This document shows positions 18,482 through 30,301 of a stretch of 36,364 nt of DNA, piece after piece (within the stretch, counting starts at the first letter, position 1; every line of letters starts with the position of its first letter). Origin of the DNA: Burkholderiaceae bacterium (GTDB lineage Bacteria > Pseudomonadota > Gammaproteobacteria > Burkholderiales > Burkholderiaceae_F); the NCBI GenBank assembly GCA_036732825.1, contig DAINBQ010000002.1, positions 1-36,364 on the forward strand, written 5' to 3'. A program made the position numbers and the translations under genes. Below the pieces are notes generated by a model, which was given only the letters and a program-made list of their open reading frames with translations, had not been told where the DNA came from and searched no databases.

Positions 18482-19103
18482 CGGCGGGCCTCCGGATCAG
18501 TCCGCGTACCGGCGCGAAACTGCGACGGTGCAGCACACAGGGGCCCAGTCGCTGCAGGCAGTCGAGATGTTCTGGCGTCGCGTAGCCCATGTGCTGCGCG
18601 AAGCCGTAGCCCGGATGCTCGCGGTCGAACGCGCGCATCAGCGCATCGCGCACGGTCTTGGCCAGGATCGAAGCGGCCGAGATCGCCGGTTCGAGCGCGT
18701 CCCCGGAAACGATCGCACGTCCCGGCATCGGCAGCCGCGGCATCTGGTTTCCGTCGATCAGTGCATAGTCGGGCGTGACAGCGAGCCCCTGCACTGCGCG
18801 TCCCATCGCAAGCAGCGTCGCCTGCAGGATGTTGAGTGCATCGATTTCCTCGACGCTGGCCTCGGCAACCGCCCATGCGACGGCGCGCGCGCGAATGCGA
18901 TCCGCGAGCTGTTCACGGCGGGCCGCCGTCAGTTGCTTCGAATCGCGCAGGCCATTGATCCGCCGGCCCGGACCGAGGATCACTGCCGCGGCGACCACCG
19001 GCCCGGCGAGCGGGCCGCGACCGGCTTCATCGATTCCGCAAATGCGACCAACGGCGAGCGCCGCCTGTTCGAAGAGGTCGGGCGTTGACGGCCTCCGGCT
19101 CAT
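18462..19103 (-). CDS. rnhB: Ribonuclease HII
   Basis: [29 protein letters not shown] and [10 protein letters not shown]. Its ATG overlaps the lpxB stop (ATGA at 19100-19103). Confidence 0.93.
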   Translation of the reverse strand: MSRRPSTPDLFEQAALAVGRICGIDEAGRGPLAGPVVAAAVILGPGRRINGLRDSKQLTAARREQLADRIRARAVAWAVAEASVEEIDALNILQATLLAMGRAVQGLAVTPDYALIDGNQMPRLPMPGRAIVSGDALEPAISAASILAKTVRDALMRAFDREHPGYGFAQHMGYATPEHLDCLQRLGPCVLHRRSFAPVRGLIRRPADDHHFA

Positions 19104-20248
19104 CGCGCGGCGACCTCGAGTATCGCGTCGGCCGCGAGGCGCGCGGTGTCGCGTTTCAGCGCGACGTGCATCTCGGTGAAGCGGGCGACCGTTCGATCGC
19201 GCAGCGCAGCGTCGTCCAGGAACTCGCCGACCGCATGAGCGAGTGCAGTGGGTGTCGCGGCTTCCTGCAACAGCTCGGGCACGACGAATTCTCCGGCAAG
19301 GATATTGGGCAGACCTGCGTAGGGAATGTAGCCCTTGCGCCGCATGATCAGCGCCGAGAGCCAGGGCATCCGGTACGAGATCACCATCGGGCGCTTGAAG
19401 AGCGCCGCTTCGAGCGTCGCGGTGCCGCTGGCAACGAGCACGACATCGCTGGCTTCGAGACAGTCGTGCGAGCGGCCCGTGGTCAGCGTCACGCGGGCCG
19501 GGAGTCCCGCGTGCGCAGCCAACATGGCCTCAATGTCCGCGCGCAGTCCGGGATCCGCGACCGGCAGTACGAAGCGCAATCCGGTCCGCCCGCGGGCGAG
19601 TTCGGCCATTGCGGCCACGAAGGTCGGGCCGAGATAGCGGACTTCGTCCGGACGTGACCCGGGCAAGACCGCCACGACCATGCCCTCTTCGGCAATGCCG
19701 AGGCGCCGGCGGGCTGCCGGCGCGTCAGGCGCCAGCGGGATCATGCCGGCCAGCGGATGGCCGACATAACTCGCCCGGATCCCGGCTTCATCGTAGATCT
19801 TCTGTTCGAACGGAAAGACCAGCAGCATGCGGTCGACTGCGCGCGCGATCTGCGCCAGCCGTTCCCGTCGCCAGGCCCAGATCGACGGGCTGATGAAGTG
19901 CACGGTGCGGATTCCGCCGGCGCGCAACTTCTCCTCCAGGCCGAGGTTGAAGTCCGGTGCGTCGATGCCTACGAAGGCGGCGGGATGCAGCGCCGCCGTG
20001 CGCCCGTGCAGTTCCCGCCGCAGGCGAAGCAGTCGCGGCAGGTGCCGCAGCACCTCCACATAGCCGCGCACCGAAAGCTCGCGCACGTGGACCCAGGCAT
20101 CGAAGCCTTCGGCAATCATTCGATCGCCGCCGACTCCGCAGCAGTTCAACCCGGGTTCACGCTGTTTCAGCTCCCGCACGACCTGCGCGGCGAGCAGATC
20201 GCCCGACGCCTCGCCGGCGACGAACACGATGCTGCGCGAGCCGTGCAT
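19100..20248 (-). CDS. lpxB: Lipid-A-disaccharide synthase
   Basis: [28 protein letters not shown]... The first 141 aa of the track ORF (to 20671) are an off-frame read-through of lpxA. The ATG at 20246-20248 overlaps the lpxA stop (ATGA). Confidence 0.92.
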   Translation of the reverse strand: MHGSRSIVFVAGEASGDLLAAQVVRELKQREPGLNCCGVGGDRMIAEGFDAWVHVRELSVRGYVEVLRHLPRLLRLRRELHGRTAALHPAAFVGIDAPDFNLGLEEKLRAGGIRTVHFISPSIWAWRRERLAQIARAVDRMLLVFPFEQKIYDEAGIRASYVGHPLAGMIPLAPDAPAARRRLGIAEEGMVVAVLPGSRPDEVRYLGPTFVAAMAELARGRTGLRFVLPVADPGLRADIEAMLAAHAGLPARVTLTTGRSHDCLEASDVVLVASGTATLEAALFKRPMVISYRMPWLSALIMRRKGYIPYAGLPNILAGEFVVPELLQEAATPTALAHAVGEFLDDAALRDRTVARFTEMHVALKRDTARLAADAILEVAAR

Positions 20249-21036
20249 CAACGGATGATGCCGCGCTGCGAGTTCTGGACGAAGTCCTTCAGGTCCCGGA
20301 TCGCGACCGCCGCGCCGGGATGCTCGACCGCCATCCGCTCGAGTTCCGCCACGGCCTCGGCAACCGTGAGTCCGTCCCGGTACAGGGTCTTGTAGGCACG
20401 GCGCAGCAGGTTGACCGTCTCCGGATCGAACCCGCGGCGCTTCAGGCCTTCGCTGTTGATGCCGTGCGGCGCCGCCGGATTGCCGTTGCAGATCACGTAA
20501 GGCGGGATGTCGCGCAGGATCACCGACCCGCCGCCGGCCATCGCGTGCGGCCCGACCGAACAGAACTGGTGCACGCCGGACAGTCCACCCAGAACGGCCC
20601 AGTCGCCGATGGTGACATGTCCCGCCAGAGTGACGACATTCGCGAGGATCGTATGGTCGCCGATCGCGCAATCGTGTGCGATATGGACAGTCGCCATGAT
20701 CCAGTTGTCGGACCCGATCCGCGTGACCCCGCCGCCCTGCGCAGTGCCGATGCTGATCGTGCAGGACTCGCGCACCGTGTTGTCGTCGCCGATCACGAGT
20801 TCAGTGTCCTCGCCGGCATACTTCTTGTCCTGCGGCACGCCTCCGATCGCGCAGAATGCAGCGAATCGGTTCCGGCGACCGATCGTCGTGCGGCCGGCGA
20901 CGACAACGTGCGAGGCGAGCACGGTGCCGGCGCCGATCCTCGTCTTCGGACCGACGACGCAATACGGCCCGATCTCGACATCCGCGGCGAGCTCGGCTCC
21001 CGGATCCACGAGCGCCGTCGGGTGGATCCGAGCCAT
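20248..21036 (-). CDS. lpxA: Acyl-ACP--UDP-N-acetylglucosamine O-acyltransferase
   Basis: [30 protein letters not shown], hexapeptide repeats and a C-terminal helical domain. Confidence 0.95.
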   Translation of the reverse strand: MARIHPTALVDPGAELAADVEIGPYCVVGPKTRIGAGTVLASHVVVAGRTTIGRRNRFAAFCAIGGVPQDKKYAGEDTELVIGDDNTVRESCTISIGTAQGGGVTRIGSDNWIMATVHIAHDCAIGDHTILANVVTLAGHVTIGDWAVLGGLSGVHQFCSVGPHAMAGGGSVILRDIPPYVICNGNPAAPHGINSEGLKRRGFDPETVNLLRRAYKTLYRDGLTVAEAVAELERMAVEHPGAAVAIRDLKDFVQNSQRGIIR

Positions 21037-21492
21037 CTAGCGCTCCTCGTTGAGGTTGCGGTGCGCGCACATCATTTCGGTCTCGGCCGCGACCTGCCCT
21101 TCGACCAGCGCGCGCCCGGTGAACTTGCCGACGCCGCGCTTGACGCGTCCCATCTCGACTTCGAGCCGCAACTGGTCGCCGGGCATCACGGGCCGCTTGA
21201 AACGCGCCGCATCGATTCCGGCGAAGTAGAAGAGTGTTCCGTCGCCGTGTTTCGCGCCGAGCGTCATGTAGGTCAGGATCGCGGCGGCCTGCGCCATCGC
21301 CTCGATGATCAGCACGCCGGGCATCACGGGGTAGCCCGGGAAATGGCCCATGAAGTACGGCTCGTTGATCGAGACGTTCTTCAGCGCGACGATCCGCGCG
21401 CCCGGCTCGATCTCGAGCACGCGATCGACCAGGATGATCGGGTATCGGTGCGGCAGGGTCTGCAGGATCTTGTGGATGTCGATGCTGCTCAT
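21037..21492 (-). CDS. fabZ: 3-hydroxyacyl-ACP dehydratase
   Basis: [13 protein letters not shown]...[26 protein letters not shown]. Confidence 0.95.
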   Translation of the reverse strand: MSSIDIHKILQTLPHRYPIILVDRVLEIEPGARIVALKNVSINEPYFMGHFPGYPVMPGVLIIEAMAQAAAILTYMTLGAKHGDGTLFYFAGIDAARFKRPVMPGDQLRLEVEMGRVKRGVGKFTGRALVEGQVAAETEMMCAHRNLNEER

Positions 21493-22565
21493 TGATTTCC
21501 TCCGTCCCGCTCCGATTCCAGCTTGCGCAGCCGGTCGCGCATCTCATCAAGTTGCCGAATGATTGCCGCCGCGCGCTGCCAGTCGCGGTTCTTCATCATC
21601 GGGAAGAACCCGGTGTAATGACCGGGTTCGGTGATGGAGCTCGCGACCAGCGTCCCGGGCCCGATCGCACTCCCGTCGGCGATCGAGAGATGGCCTGCGA
21701 TCATCGCCGCGCCGCCGATCTGGCAGCCGCGCCCGATATGCGCGCTGCCTGCGATCCCAACACACCCGGCAATCACCGTGTGCGCGCCGATCATGCAGTT
21801 GTGTCCGACCTGGATCTGGTTGTCGAGCTTCACGCCGTCCTCGATGACCGTGTCGCCCATCGTGCCGCGGTCGATCGTCGTGTTGGCGCCGATTTCCACG
21901 TCGTCGCCGACGACGACGGCCCCGACCTGCGGAATCTTGATCCAGCGGCCGTCGAGCGGCGCAAAGCCGAATCCGTCGGCGCCGATGACCGCCCCGCTGT
22001 GCACGATGCAGCGCGCACCGATGCGGCAATCGTCGAGCACGACGGAGCGCGGGTACAGACGTGAGTCCACTCCGATCAACGCACGCGCGCCCACGACGGC
22101 GCCGGTTCCGACCCAGACGCGGGCGCCGATCTCCGCGCCATCGCCCACACTGGCGCCCGACTCGATGCAGGCCGAGGGATCGACGCGCGCGCCGGCGGCG
22201 ACGTGCGCGCCAATCGCGATTCCGGGCGCGACCTCCGCCGCAGGATGAAGAAGTTGCGCAGCATGCGCGAACCAGGCGTAGGGCTGATCGACGACGACGA
22301 GCGGAGGCAGCGCGCTCTTCTTCGTTATCAACGCATCGCGATCGGCCGGACCGACGACGATGGCCGCTGCGCGACTTGAGAGCGCCTGCGGGCGATAACG
22401 CGGATTCGCGAGGAATGAAAGGTCCTGCGCTCCCGCTTTCGCGAGTGGCGCGAGCCCGCTGACGCGCGTTGCAGGGGATCCGATCACGGTCGCCGCGAGG
22501 CGGCCACCGGTGCGTTGCTCAACCGCGGCTGTCAGCTCGGAAAGCGACAGACCGTCCGCGGCCAT
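21489..22565 (-). CDS. lpxD: UDP-3-O-acylglucosamine N-acyltransferase
   Basis: [17 protein letters not shown]...[13 protein letters not shown], then a long hexapeptide-repeat left-handed beta-helix. The track start 23075 is an off-frame extension through skp. The ATG at 22565 lies 5 nt after the skp stop. Confidence 0.92.
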   Translation of the reverse strand: MAADGLSLSELTAAVEQRTGGRLAATVIGSPATRVSGLAPLAKAGAQDLSFLANPRYRPQALSSRAAAIVVGPADRDALITKKSALPPLVVVDQPYAWFAHAAQLLHPAAEVAPGIAIGAHVAAGARVDPSACIESGASVGDGAEIGARVWVGTGAVVGARALIGVDSRLYPRSVVLDDCRIGARCIVHSGAVIGADGFGFAPLDGRWIKIPQVGAVVVGDDVEIGANTTIDRGTMGDTVIEDGVKLDNQIQVGHNCMIGAHTVIAGCVGIAGSAHIGRGCQIGGAAMIAGHLSIADGSAIGPGTLVASSITEPGHYTGFFPMMKNRDWQRAAAIIRQLDEMRDRLRKLESERDGGNQ

Positions 22566-22570
22566 GCGTG

Positions 22571-23086
22571 TTACTTGGCGCCGTTGTTCAGGGCCCGCAG
22601 GATCTTCTCCGTGATGTCGATGCGGGGATTGAAGTAGACCGCTTCCTGAAGGATCAGGTCGTACTTCTCCTGCTCTGCGATCTGCCGGATGATGCGATTC
22701 GTCCGCTCGAGCAGTCCCTGCAGTTCCTCGTTGCGGCGCTGGTTGAAGTCCTCGCGGAACTCGCGCTGCTTGCGCTGGAACTCGCGGTCCATCTCGGCAA
22801 GCTCGCGCTGACGGCGCGCGCGATCGGTCTCGGTCATGACCGGGCCGTCCTTCTCGAATCGCTCGACGGACGATTTCAGGCGCACGCCGATTTCCTGCAG
22901 TTCCTTGTCGCGCTTGGCGAACTCGGCTTCCAGCTTCTGCATCGCGGCCCGCGCCGGGATCGAGTCGCGCAGGATGCGGTCCGAATTCACGACACCGACC
23001 TTGAGATCCTGCGCGGCAAGCGGCGCCGAAGCCATCAGCATGGCAGCGAAGGTCGCCCCGAGCCGGACAAGCCACTTGTTGGTCAT
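22571..23086 (-). CDS. skp: Periplasmic chaperone Skp (OmpH family)
   Basis: Signal peptide [27 protein letters not shown], then [15 protein letters not shown] and charged coiled-coil arms. An AAGGAGG RBS precedes the ATG at 23086. Confidence 0.85.
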   Translation of the reverse strand: MTNKWLVRLGATFAAMLMASAPLAAQDLKVGVVNSDRILRDSIPARAAMQKLEAEFAKRDKELQEIGVRLKSSVERFEKDGPVMTETDRARRQRELAEMDREFQRKQREFREDFNQRRNEELQGLLERTNRIIRQIAEQEKYDLILQEAVYFNPRIDITEKILRALNNGAK

Positions 23087-23123
23087 CGTGCGCACCTCCT
23101 TGGAACCGTGCGATTTTGCCACA

Positions 23124-25511
23124 TCAGAATCCCGTTCCTATCTGGAACTGGAAGCGCTGGATGCGATCTTCCGGTTTCTTGTTGATCGGATACGCGTAGG
23201 AAAGCTTGAGCGGACCCAGCGGGGAAATCCATGCAATGCCGACGCCCACCGAATAGCGCAGGTCACCGAGGTCGATCTTCTGGTTCCGGTAGATCAGATT
23301 GCCGGTCGATGAGCAGAATCCGACGGTGCCGACGATGACCGGCGGACTGCCATCCGGGCAGAACACGTTCTGGCCCCACACCTGGCCGCCGTCGAAGAAT
23401 GCCAGCGCGCGCAGCGAGCGGTCTGCACCCGGCAGCGGAGCCAGTGCCTCGACCGAGAAGTTCAACCGCCGGTTGCCGCCGAGCGGATTGCCGTCCAGGT
23501 CACGCGGCCCGAGGCTGCCGCTCTCGTAGCCGCGCACGCTGCCGATGCCGCCGACGTAGAAATTCTTGAAGAACGGATACGGGTCTCCACTGTAGCCATC
23601 GCCGTACCCGACCTCGGAGTTGAAAGCCAGCGTGAGCCTGGGCAGGACTGGCCAGAACTGCTGGTACTGGTAGCTCAGCCGGTAGTACTGCAGGTCGAGC
23701 ACCGGCAATGCCCATTCGCCGAATGCGCGCTGGTAGTTGCCGCGCGAGGGGACGAGCAGGTTGTCCCGGTTGTCGCGCGACCAGCCGACCGTTGCCGCAA
23801 GTGCATCGGATGAGTCGCCGAATGCATTCACGTATTCGACGTAGCGCTGCGGCGAAAACGCCGTCAGGTCGATCGTCGTGTTTTCCCACCGCAGGCCGAA
23901 GTAGATGCGATCGAACTCGGTGAACGGCACGCCGTAAACGATGCCGGCGCCGTGCGTCGAATAGCCGACGCTTGAAAGGCCGAGCTCCGCGAGGTCCGAA
24001 GTTCGGCTGAACACTTCGACGGACCGGCTGATACCCTCCGTCGTCACGTACGGGTCGACATGCGTGATCGCGATGATGCGATTGGCCTGGCTGGTGTTGA
24101 TCTCGAGCGACAGTGCGTTGCCGGAACCGAACAGGTTCTGCTGCGACAGCCCGGCGGTCAGCACCAGTCCTTCCGAGCTCGAGTAGCCGGCGCCGAGCTG
24201 GATGTTGCCGGTTGCGCGCTCCTTCACCGTGACATTGACGTCGACCTGATCGGGGGCCGACGGCACCGCCGGCGTCTCGATGTTCACCGACTCGAAGAAG
24301 CCGAGGCGGTCGATACGGTCGCGTGACAGCCGAACACGGTCCGAGTCGTACCAGGCGGACTCGAACTGGCGAACCTCGCGCCGTATCACTTCGTCGCGAG
24401 TGCGCGAGTTGCCGGCGATGTTCACGCGCCGCACGTAAACGCGCCGGCCGGGATCGACGATGATCGTGAACGCCACCTGGCGCTTGTCCTTGTCGGCTTC
24501 CGGCACCGGATTGGCCGTGGCAAATGCGTAGCCGAGCGTGCTCATCCGGTCCGTGACGCGCTTGGCAATCGCGTTCAGTCTCTCGGCGCTGAACACGTCG
24601 CCCGCCTTCACGTCGATCAGCGGCTGCAGCTCTTCCTCCAGCCCGAGCATCTCGCCCGACAGCTTGACGCCCGACACCGTATAGCGCTCGCCTTCGGAGA
24701 CGTGGACCGTCACGAAAATGTCGCGCTTGTCGGGACTGATCGAAACCTGCACCGACTCGATCCTGAAGTCGAGGTAGCCGCGATTCAGATAGTAGGAGCG
24801 CAGCGTCTCGAGGTCGGCCGACAGCTTCTGGCGCGAATACTGGTCGCGCTTCGTGTACCAGGACAGCCAGTTCGGAGTCGAAAGCTCCATCTGGTCGCGC
24901 AGCACCGAGTCGCGGTAGACATTGTTGCCGGTGAAAGTGATCGACCGTATGCGCGATATGTCGCCCTCGCTGACGGCCATCGACACATTGACGCGATTGC
25001 GTTCGATCGGCGTCACCGTCGTCTTGACCTCGACGCCGTAGAGGCCGCGCGACAGGTACTGGCGGCGCAACTCCTGCTCGGCCCGCTCAAGCAGCGAGCG
25101 GTCGAAGATGCGACCCTCGGCCAGGCCGACGTCGCGCAGCGACTTCAGCACCTGGTCCTTGTCGAATTCCTTGACTCCGGACAGATCCACGGCCGATATG
25201 GCCGGCCTCTCCTCCACGACGACGACGAGAACGTCGCCGTCGACCTCGAGCCTGACGTCCTTGAACAGGCCGCTCGCATAGAGCGCGCGGATCGCCTGGG
25301 TACCGCGTTCAGGTTCGAAGCGATCGCCGACCCGTATCGGCAGGTAACTGAAAACGGTGCCGGCTTCGGTGCGCTGGATGCCTTCGACCCGGATGTCCCG
25401 CACGACGAACTCCTGGCCGGCGGCGGTAACGCAATAGGCGGCGAGCACGGCCGCCGCGACGCGGCGCAGGGTTGCAGGCACGCTGCGCCGGGAGGACACG
25501 CGGCGATTCAA
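23124..25511 (-). CDS. bamA: Outer membrane protein assembly factor BamA
   Basis: 795 aa. Signal peptide, POTRA repeats starting at VVRDIRVEGIQRTEAGTV, and a C-terminal beta-barrel ending FQFQIGTGF. Confidence 0.95.
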   Translation of the reverse strand: MNRRVSSRRSVPATLRRVAAAVLAAYCVTAAGQEFVVRDIRVEGIQRTEAGTVFSYLPIRVGDRFEPERGTQAIRALYASGLFKDVRLEVDGDVLVVVVEERPAISAVDLSGVKEFDKDQVLKSLRDVGLAEGRIFDRSLLERAEQELRRQYLSRGLYGVEVKTTVTPIERNRVNVSMAVSEGDISRIRSITFTGNNVYRDSVLRDQMELSTPNWLSWYTKRDQYSRQKLSADLETLRSYYLNRGYLDFRIESVQVSISPDKRDIFVTVHVSEGERYTVSGVKLSGEMLGLEEELQPLIDVKAGDVFSAERLNAIAKRVTDRMSTLGYAFATANPVPEADKDKRQVAFTIIVDPGRRVYVRRVNIAGNSRTRDEVIRREVRQFESAWYDSDRVRLSRDRIDRLGFFESVNIETPAVPSAPDQVDVNVTVKERATGNIQLGAGYSSSEGLVLTAGLSQQNLFGSGNALSLEINTSQANRIIAITHVDPYVTTEGISRSVEVFSRTSDLAELGLSSVGYSTHGAGIVYGVPFTEFDRIYFGLRWENTTIDLTAFSPQRYVEYVNAFGDSSDALAATVGWSRDNRDNLLVPSRGNYQRAFGEWALPVLDLQYYRLSYQYQQFWPVLPRLTLAFNSEVGYGDGYSGDPYPFFKNFYVGGIGSVRGYESGSLGPRDLDGNPLGGNRRLNFSVEALAPLPGADRSLRALAFFDGGQVWGQNVFCPDGSPPVIVGTVGFCSSTGNLIYRNQKIDLGDLRYSVGVGIAWISPLGPLKLSYAYPINKKPEDRIQRFQFQIGTGF

Positions 25512-25545
25512 CTTCCAGTTCCAGTCACGAAGCGATGTGCAGGGA

Positions 25546-26898
25546 TCAGGAAAGCAGCCGAATGAAGTCGTTGTATAGCGCCAGCACGGTCAGCAGTCCG
25601 AGCAGCGCGATGCCTGCACGCTGCCCCCACTCCACGACCCAGTCTGCGGGCGGGCTGCCCTTGAAAATCTCGATCAGATAATACAGTAAGTGCCCTCCAT
25701 CGAGCATCGGAATGGGCAGCAGGTTCAGCACCGCGAGGCTGATCGATACAAGAGCGAGAAAACCGAGGAACGAAGCGAGTCCGACGCGCGCTGTCTGCCC
25801 TGCGTAGTCTGCGATCGTCACCGGTCCCGACAGGTTTTTCCACGATGCCTGGCCCGTGATCATCTTGCCGAGCATCTTCAGCGAGAACAGCGCGGTATCG
25901 GCTGTCTTGCCGACCGCGAGCCCGATGCTCTCGAAGGGGCCGTACTGCACCTTCACCAGCGCCGGCCGGTCATTCAGTTCGGCACCCATGCGGCCGAACG
26001 AATTTCCGCTGTCGTCGGTCACGCGCGCAGGCGTGACTTCGATTCGGAGCTCGGATCCTTCGCGCTCGATGTGCAGCTCGATCGGCCTCTCCGCGGAGGA
26101 GCGGATGCGATCGATCAGTTGTCGCGCCGAAGTGATCGGTTGGCCCTCGACGGCAACGATGCGGTCGCCGACGCGCAGCCCCGCGCGCAGTGCCGCGCTG
26201 TCGTCGGCGACGCGACCGACGCGCGGCGGGCCGCTGTAGGCAATGACACCCAGTCTGCCGATCACATCGCCGTCGAGATCATCGGCATTCAGGCGCGCCG
26301 GATCCAGCGTCAGGGAGCGTCGACGGCCGTCAAGCCCGTCGACTTCAAGCGCGATCGGGCGCTCCCCGACGACGCGCTGGAGCAGCAGCCAGCGCAGCTC
26401 GTTCAGCGAACGAACCGCGTCACCGTCGACTTCGACGACCGTATCGCCCGCCAGAACGCCGGCGCGTGCGGCCGCCGTCGCCGCCGGGGGCGATCCCAAC
26501 ATCGCCTTCGGTTCGAAGACACCGACAACGTTGAGCACCCAGTACACGGCAACAGCCAGCAGCAGATTGGCGACCGGTCCTGCAAGAACAATCGCGATGC
26601 GCTTGGCGACCGGTTGCCGGTTGAATGCGCGCGGCAGGTCGCGCGCGCTGATCACGCCGCAATCCGGATCACGCTCGTCGAGCATGCGAACGTAGCCACC
26701 GAGAGGCAGGGCCGCGAGCACCCACTCGGTGCGATCTTCCCCACGTACCCAGCGCGCCAGCGGGCGGCCGAATCCGATCGAGAAACGCAGCACCTTGACG
26801 CCGCATTTCTTCGCGACCCAGTAATGGCCGTATTCGTGGATCACGATCAGCACGCCGAGCGTGACGAGGAACGCGGCAACGGTCGTCAGGAAATTCAT
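25546..26898 (-). CDS. rseP: RIP site-2 metalloprotease RseP
   Basis: HExxH motif in IHEYGHYWVAKK, PDZ regions, and LNLLPIPMLDGGHL. Confidence 0.93.
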   Translation of the reverse strand: MNFLTTVAAFLVTLGVLIVIHEYGHYWVAKKCGVKVLRFSIGFGRPLARWVRGEDRTEWVLAALPLGGYVRMLDERDPDCGVISARDLPRAFNRQPVAKRIAIVLAGPVANLLLAVAVYWVLNVVGVFEPKAMLGSPPAATAAARAGVLAGDTVVEVDGDAVRSLNELRWLLLQRVVGERPIALEVDGLDGRRRSLTLDPARLNADDLDGDVIGRLGVIAYSGPPRVGRVADDSAALRAGLRVGDRIVAVEGQPITSARQLIDRIRSSAERPIELHIEREGSELRIEVTPARVTDDSGNSFGRMGAELNDRPALVKVQYGPFESIGLAVGKTADTALFSLKMLGKMITGQASWKNLSGPVTIADYAGQTARVGLASFLGFLALVSISLAVLNLLPIPMLDGGHLLYYLIEIFKGSPPADWVVEWGQRAGIALLGLLTVLALYNDFIRLLS

Positions 26899-26904
26899 CG
26901 TTCC

Positions 26905-28071
26905 CTAGGCTCTAAGGGCAGTGCAGTCGAGCGCGCGCTCGCGCGCCTCGCGGTCGATTTCGAGGACGTCTTCGACGCTCCGTGGCGCCGCCGGGTCACA
27001 GGCGGCAAGCACACGTTCGATCGTGGGCGCGATCTCGGTGAAGCGCAACCGGCCATCCAGGAAGGCTTGGACAGCAACCTCGTTCGCTGCGTTCAACACG
27101 GTCGGGGCGGCATTGCCGCGCAGCAGGGCCTGGTAGGCATAGTCCAGGCAGGGAAAGCGCCGGCGATCGGGCGCCTCGAATGTCAGCGCGCCCAGTTGCG
27201 TGAAGTCGAGCCGGCGCGCCCCGCTCACGATCCTCTCGGGCCATGCCAGTGCATAGGCCAGCGGCGTGCGCATGTCGGGACTGCCCATCTGGGCCAGGAC
27301 CGAACCGTCCGCGAACTCGACCATCGAGTGGATCACGCTTTGCGGATGGATGACGACTTCGATGCGTTCTGCCGGCATGCCGAACAGCCAGCTTGCCTCG
27401 ATGACCTCGAGTCCCTTGTTCATCAACGTCGCGGAGTCCACCGATATCTTGCGCCCCATCACCCAGTTCGGATGCGCACAGGCTTCGTCCGGCGTTACCG
27501 TTTCCAGATCGTCACGGGTACGGAACGGACCTCCCGACGCGGTCAACACGAGCCGCGCACCACGGCGTTCCGCCTCACGCACCCCGGCCAGGCACTGGTG
27601 GATCGCGTTGTGCTCCGAATCGACCGGCAGCAACTCGCCGCCGCCACGCTGCACCGCGGCGACCAGCAGCGCGCCAGCGCAGACGACGGCTTCCTTGTTC
27701 GCGAGAAGCAGCCGCTTGCCGGCCTCGGCGGCCGCAAGCGTCGGCACCAGCCCTGCCGCGCCGACGATGGCAGCCAGCACGGTGTCGACCTCGGCGGACT
27801 GTGCAACCTCGACCAGCGCTGCACGCCCCGCGCGCGCGACACTGGTCGCGCCCCGGCTGCGCAGCGCCTCGCGCAGCTGGCTTTCCAGCGCGGGATCGGC
27901 AATGACTGCGATTGCCGGCTTGAAGCGCGCAGCGAGGTCGGCCAGCGCTTCGACGCTGCTCTGCGCGGTCAGTGCGTGGATCCGGTAGCGCTGCGGGTGG
28001 CGCGCGATGACATCGAGCGCGGACAGTCCGATCGAGCCCGTTGCGCCGAGGATCGTGATGCTCTGCATCAT
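26905..28071 (-). CDS. dxr: 1-deoxy-D-xylulose 5-phosphate reductoisomerase
   Basis: [25 protein letters not shown] and [13 protein letters not shown]. Its ATG overlaps the cdsA stop. Confidence 0.95.
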   Translation of the reverse strand: MMQSITILGATGSIGLSALDVIARHPQRYRIHALTAQSSVEALADLAARFKPAIAVIADPALESQLREALRSRGATSVARAGRAALVEVAQSAEVDTVLAAIVGAAGLVPTLAAAEAGKRLLLANKEAVVCAGALLVAAVQRGGGELLPVDSEHNAIHQCLAGVREAERRGARLVLTASGGPFRTRDDLETVTPDEACAHPNWVMGRKISVDSATLMNKGLEVIEASWLFGMPAERIEVVIHPQSVIHSMVEFADGSVLAQMGSPDMRTPLAYALAWPERIVSGARRLDFTQLGALTFEAPDRRRFPCLDYAYQALLRGNAAPTVLNAANEVAVQAFLDGRLRFTEIAPTIERVLAACDPAAPRSVEDVLEIDREARERALDCTALRA

Positions 28072-28898
28072 CGGGCCAATCCGTCGATCAGCGCCGCGAG
28101 CGGCAGAACCGGCACGAGCGCATCGATACGATCGTAGACGCCGCCGTGCCCCGGCAGCAGATGGCTGCTGTCCTTCACGCCGGCCTGGCGCTTGAGCAGG
28201 CTTTCGTAGAGGTCGCCGAAGATAGACATCGCGACCAACACCATGATCAGGATGACCGCGACCGGCAGGACAAATTCATCAAGCAATCGATTCGTGAAGA
28301 TTGCTGCAGTCGGCAGCAAGCGCCATGCCGCGATTGCGACGACCAGCACCGCCCCGATCGCGCCATAGACGCCGGCCCATGTCTTGCCGGGGCTGATGTG
28401 GGGCGCCAGCTTCGTCCGGCCGAACGCACGTCCGGCGAAGTATGCGGCGGTGTCGGCGACCCAGACGATCACGAACACGGAAAGCAGCATTGCAGCCCCT
28501 TGCAGCAGGAAGTGCACGAGCGCGATCCAAGCCGCGCCGAGCAGCAGGAGCGCGAGCACCGTCGCAGCCGCGCGCGGCAGCCGGACTGCCAATGCATCTG
28601 CCTGCATCAGGAGGCCGGCGATGCCGAGCCAGATGATCGTCGCGAGCAACGCGACCGGCAACACCGCGCTCATGACCGGGCCGCCTGCAAAGTGCAGCGA
28701 ACCGGCCAGCAGCACGCCGAACGTGAACGCGATCGTCAACGCGGTCGCTCGACCCCATCCGACGAGCTGCAGCCATTCCGCGGCCGCCGCGACGATCGCG
28801 AGCGTCGCAAGCAGCGCGAACACTGTCGGCGACCATGCCAGCGCGCCGCCCAGGATCGCCAGCAGGATGACAGCCGTGATGACTCGCTTCTTCAGCAC
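28068..28898 (-). CDS. cdsA: Phosphatidate cytidylyltransferase
   Basis: Polytopic membrane protein carrying the CdsA signature [29 protein letters not shown]. Confidence 0.9.
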   Translation of the reverse strand: MLKKRVITAVILLAILGGALAWSPTVFALLATLAIVAAAAEWLQLVGWGRATALTIAFTFGVLLAGSLHFAGGPVMSAVLPVALLATIIWLGIAGLLMQADALAVRLPRAAATVLALLLLGAAWIALVHFLLQGAAMLLSVFVIVWVADTAAYFAGRAFGRTKLAPHISPGKTWAGVYGAIGAVLVVAIAAWRLLPTAAIFTNRLLDEFVLPVAVILIMVLVAMSIFGDLYESLLKRQAGVKDSSHLLPGHGGVYDRIDALVPVLPLAALIDGLAR

Positions 28899-28925
28899 GC
28901 GGCGATCCCTGGTCGACGCGCCGGA

Positions 28926-29699
28926 TCAGGCCGCATCCGCGACCGGCGGCGTTGCGACCTGTTCGCCCGTCATGCCGAAACGGCGCTGGCGACTCGAGTA
29001 CCACTCGATTGCCCGATCCAGCTCAGCCTCATCGAAGTCGGGCCACAGGACGTCGCAGAAGTAGAGTTCCGCGTAAGCGAGCTGCCACAGCATGAAGTTG
29101 CTGATGCGCTTTTCACCGCCCGTGCGGATCAGCAGGTCGGGCTCCGGCGCGAACGCCAGCGCGAGGTTGGACTCCACGTCCTTCTCGCCGAGCGCGATGC
29201 GCTCTGCACCGCGCGCCCGTTGCGACTCCGCGGCACGGCTCGCAGCCTGCGCGATGTCCCACCGGCCCCCGTAGTTGGCGCAAATCGTCAGATTCAGCTT
29301 GCTGTTCGCGGCAGTCCGACGCTCCGACTCGACGATGAGCCGGCGCAACTCGGCGTCGAACGCCGACAGATCCCCAACGACCCGCATGCGGACTCCGAGC
29401 TCGATCAGCCGGTCGACCTCGCGCTGCAGCGCATAGACGAAGAGCTTCATCAGCGTCGACACCTCGTCGGCGGGTCGCCGCCAGTTCTCCGAACTGAACG
29501 CGAACAGCGTCAGGTACTCGATCCCCCGCTCGCCGCAGGCCCGCAATGTGTCGCGCACCGCTTCGACTCCGCGGTGATGCCCCGAAACGCGCGGCTTGCC
29601 GCGCGCGACCGCCCACCGGCCGTTGCCGTCCATGATGATGGCAACATGCCGCGGCATGCGCACGGCCGCGGGCCGGCTCGATGCAGGTTCGTTGCGCAC
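28926..29699 (-). CDS. uppS: Ditrans,polycis-undecaprenyl-diphosphate synthase
   Basis: [30 protein letters not shown] and [12 protein letters not shown]. Confidence 0.93.
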   Translation of the reverse strand: MRNEPASSRPAAVRMPRHVAIIMDGNGRWAVARGKPRVSGHHRGVEAVRDTLRACGERGIEYLTLFAFSSENWRRPADEVSTLMKLFVYALQREVDRLIELGVRMRVVGDLSAFDAELRRLIVESERRTAANSKLNLTICANYGGRWDIAQAASRAAESQRARGAERIALGEKDVESNLALAFAPEPDLLIRTGGEKRISNFMLWQLAYAELYFCDVLWPDFDEAELDRAIEWYSSRQRRFGMTGEQVATPPVADAA

Positions 29700-29721
29700 G
29701 GCGGGCCGACGTGACCGTCGC

Positions 29722-30282
29722 TCAGACGGTCATCACCTCTTTTTCCTTTTCCGCGATCAGCTTGTCGATCTCGCCGACGTAGCGATCGGTCAGCTTCTGG
29801 ATCGCATCCTCGGCACGCCGGTCGTCGTCCTCCGAGATCTGCTTCGCCTTCAGCATTTCCTTCACATGGTGGTTGGCGTCGCGCCGCAGGTTGCGCACGG
29901 CGACCTTGGCGTTTTCGCCTTCGTGCTTGACGACCTTGACGAGTTCCTTGCGCCGCTGCTCGGTGAGCGGAGGCATCGGAACACGGACGATGTCACCGCT
30001 GGTGGCCGGGTTCAGTCCGAGATCGGAGTCGCGGATCGCCTTCTCGACCACCGGCACCATCTTCTTTTCCCAGGGCTGCACGGTGATCGTGCGCGCGTCG
30101 CCCAGTCCCACCTGGGATACCTGCGACAGCGGGACCATCGTGCCGTAGTAGTCGACCTGGATGTGATCCAGCAGGCCGACATGCGCGCGGCCGGTGCGGA
30201 TCTTGGCGTAGTCGTGCTTGAGCGCTTCCACCGACTTCTGCATCTTCTGTTCGGTCGATTTCTGGATTTCTGCAATGCTCAT
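29722..30282 (-). CDS. frr: Ribosome recycling factor
   Basis: 186 aa: [35 protein letters not shown]...[15 protein letters not shown]. Confidence 0.95.
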   Translation of the reverse strand: MSIAEIQKSTEQKMQKSVEALKHDYAKIRTGRAHVGLLDHIQVDYYGTMVPLSQVSQVGLGDARTITVQPWEKKMVPVVEKAIRDSDLGLNPATSGDIVRVPMPPLTEQRRKELVKVVKHEGENAKVAVRNLRRDANHHVKEMLKAKQISEDDDRRAEDAIQKLTDRYVGEIDKLIAEKEKEVMTV

Positions 30283-30301
30283 CAGCGTCTCCTCAGCCGC
30301 G

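Noticed and set aside
19957-21495. 512-aa plus-strand ORF across lpxB/lpxA/fabZ
   Set aside because: It is antisense to three well-supported genes and has a low-complexity composition.
25690-29714. 815-aa (25690-28137) and 522-aa (28146-29714) plus-strand ORFs
   Set aside because: They are antisense to rseP, dxr, cdsA and uppS, all of which carry diagnostic motifs on the minus strand.
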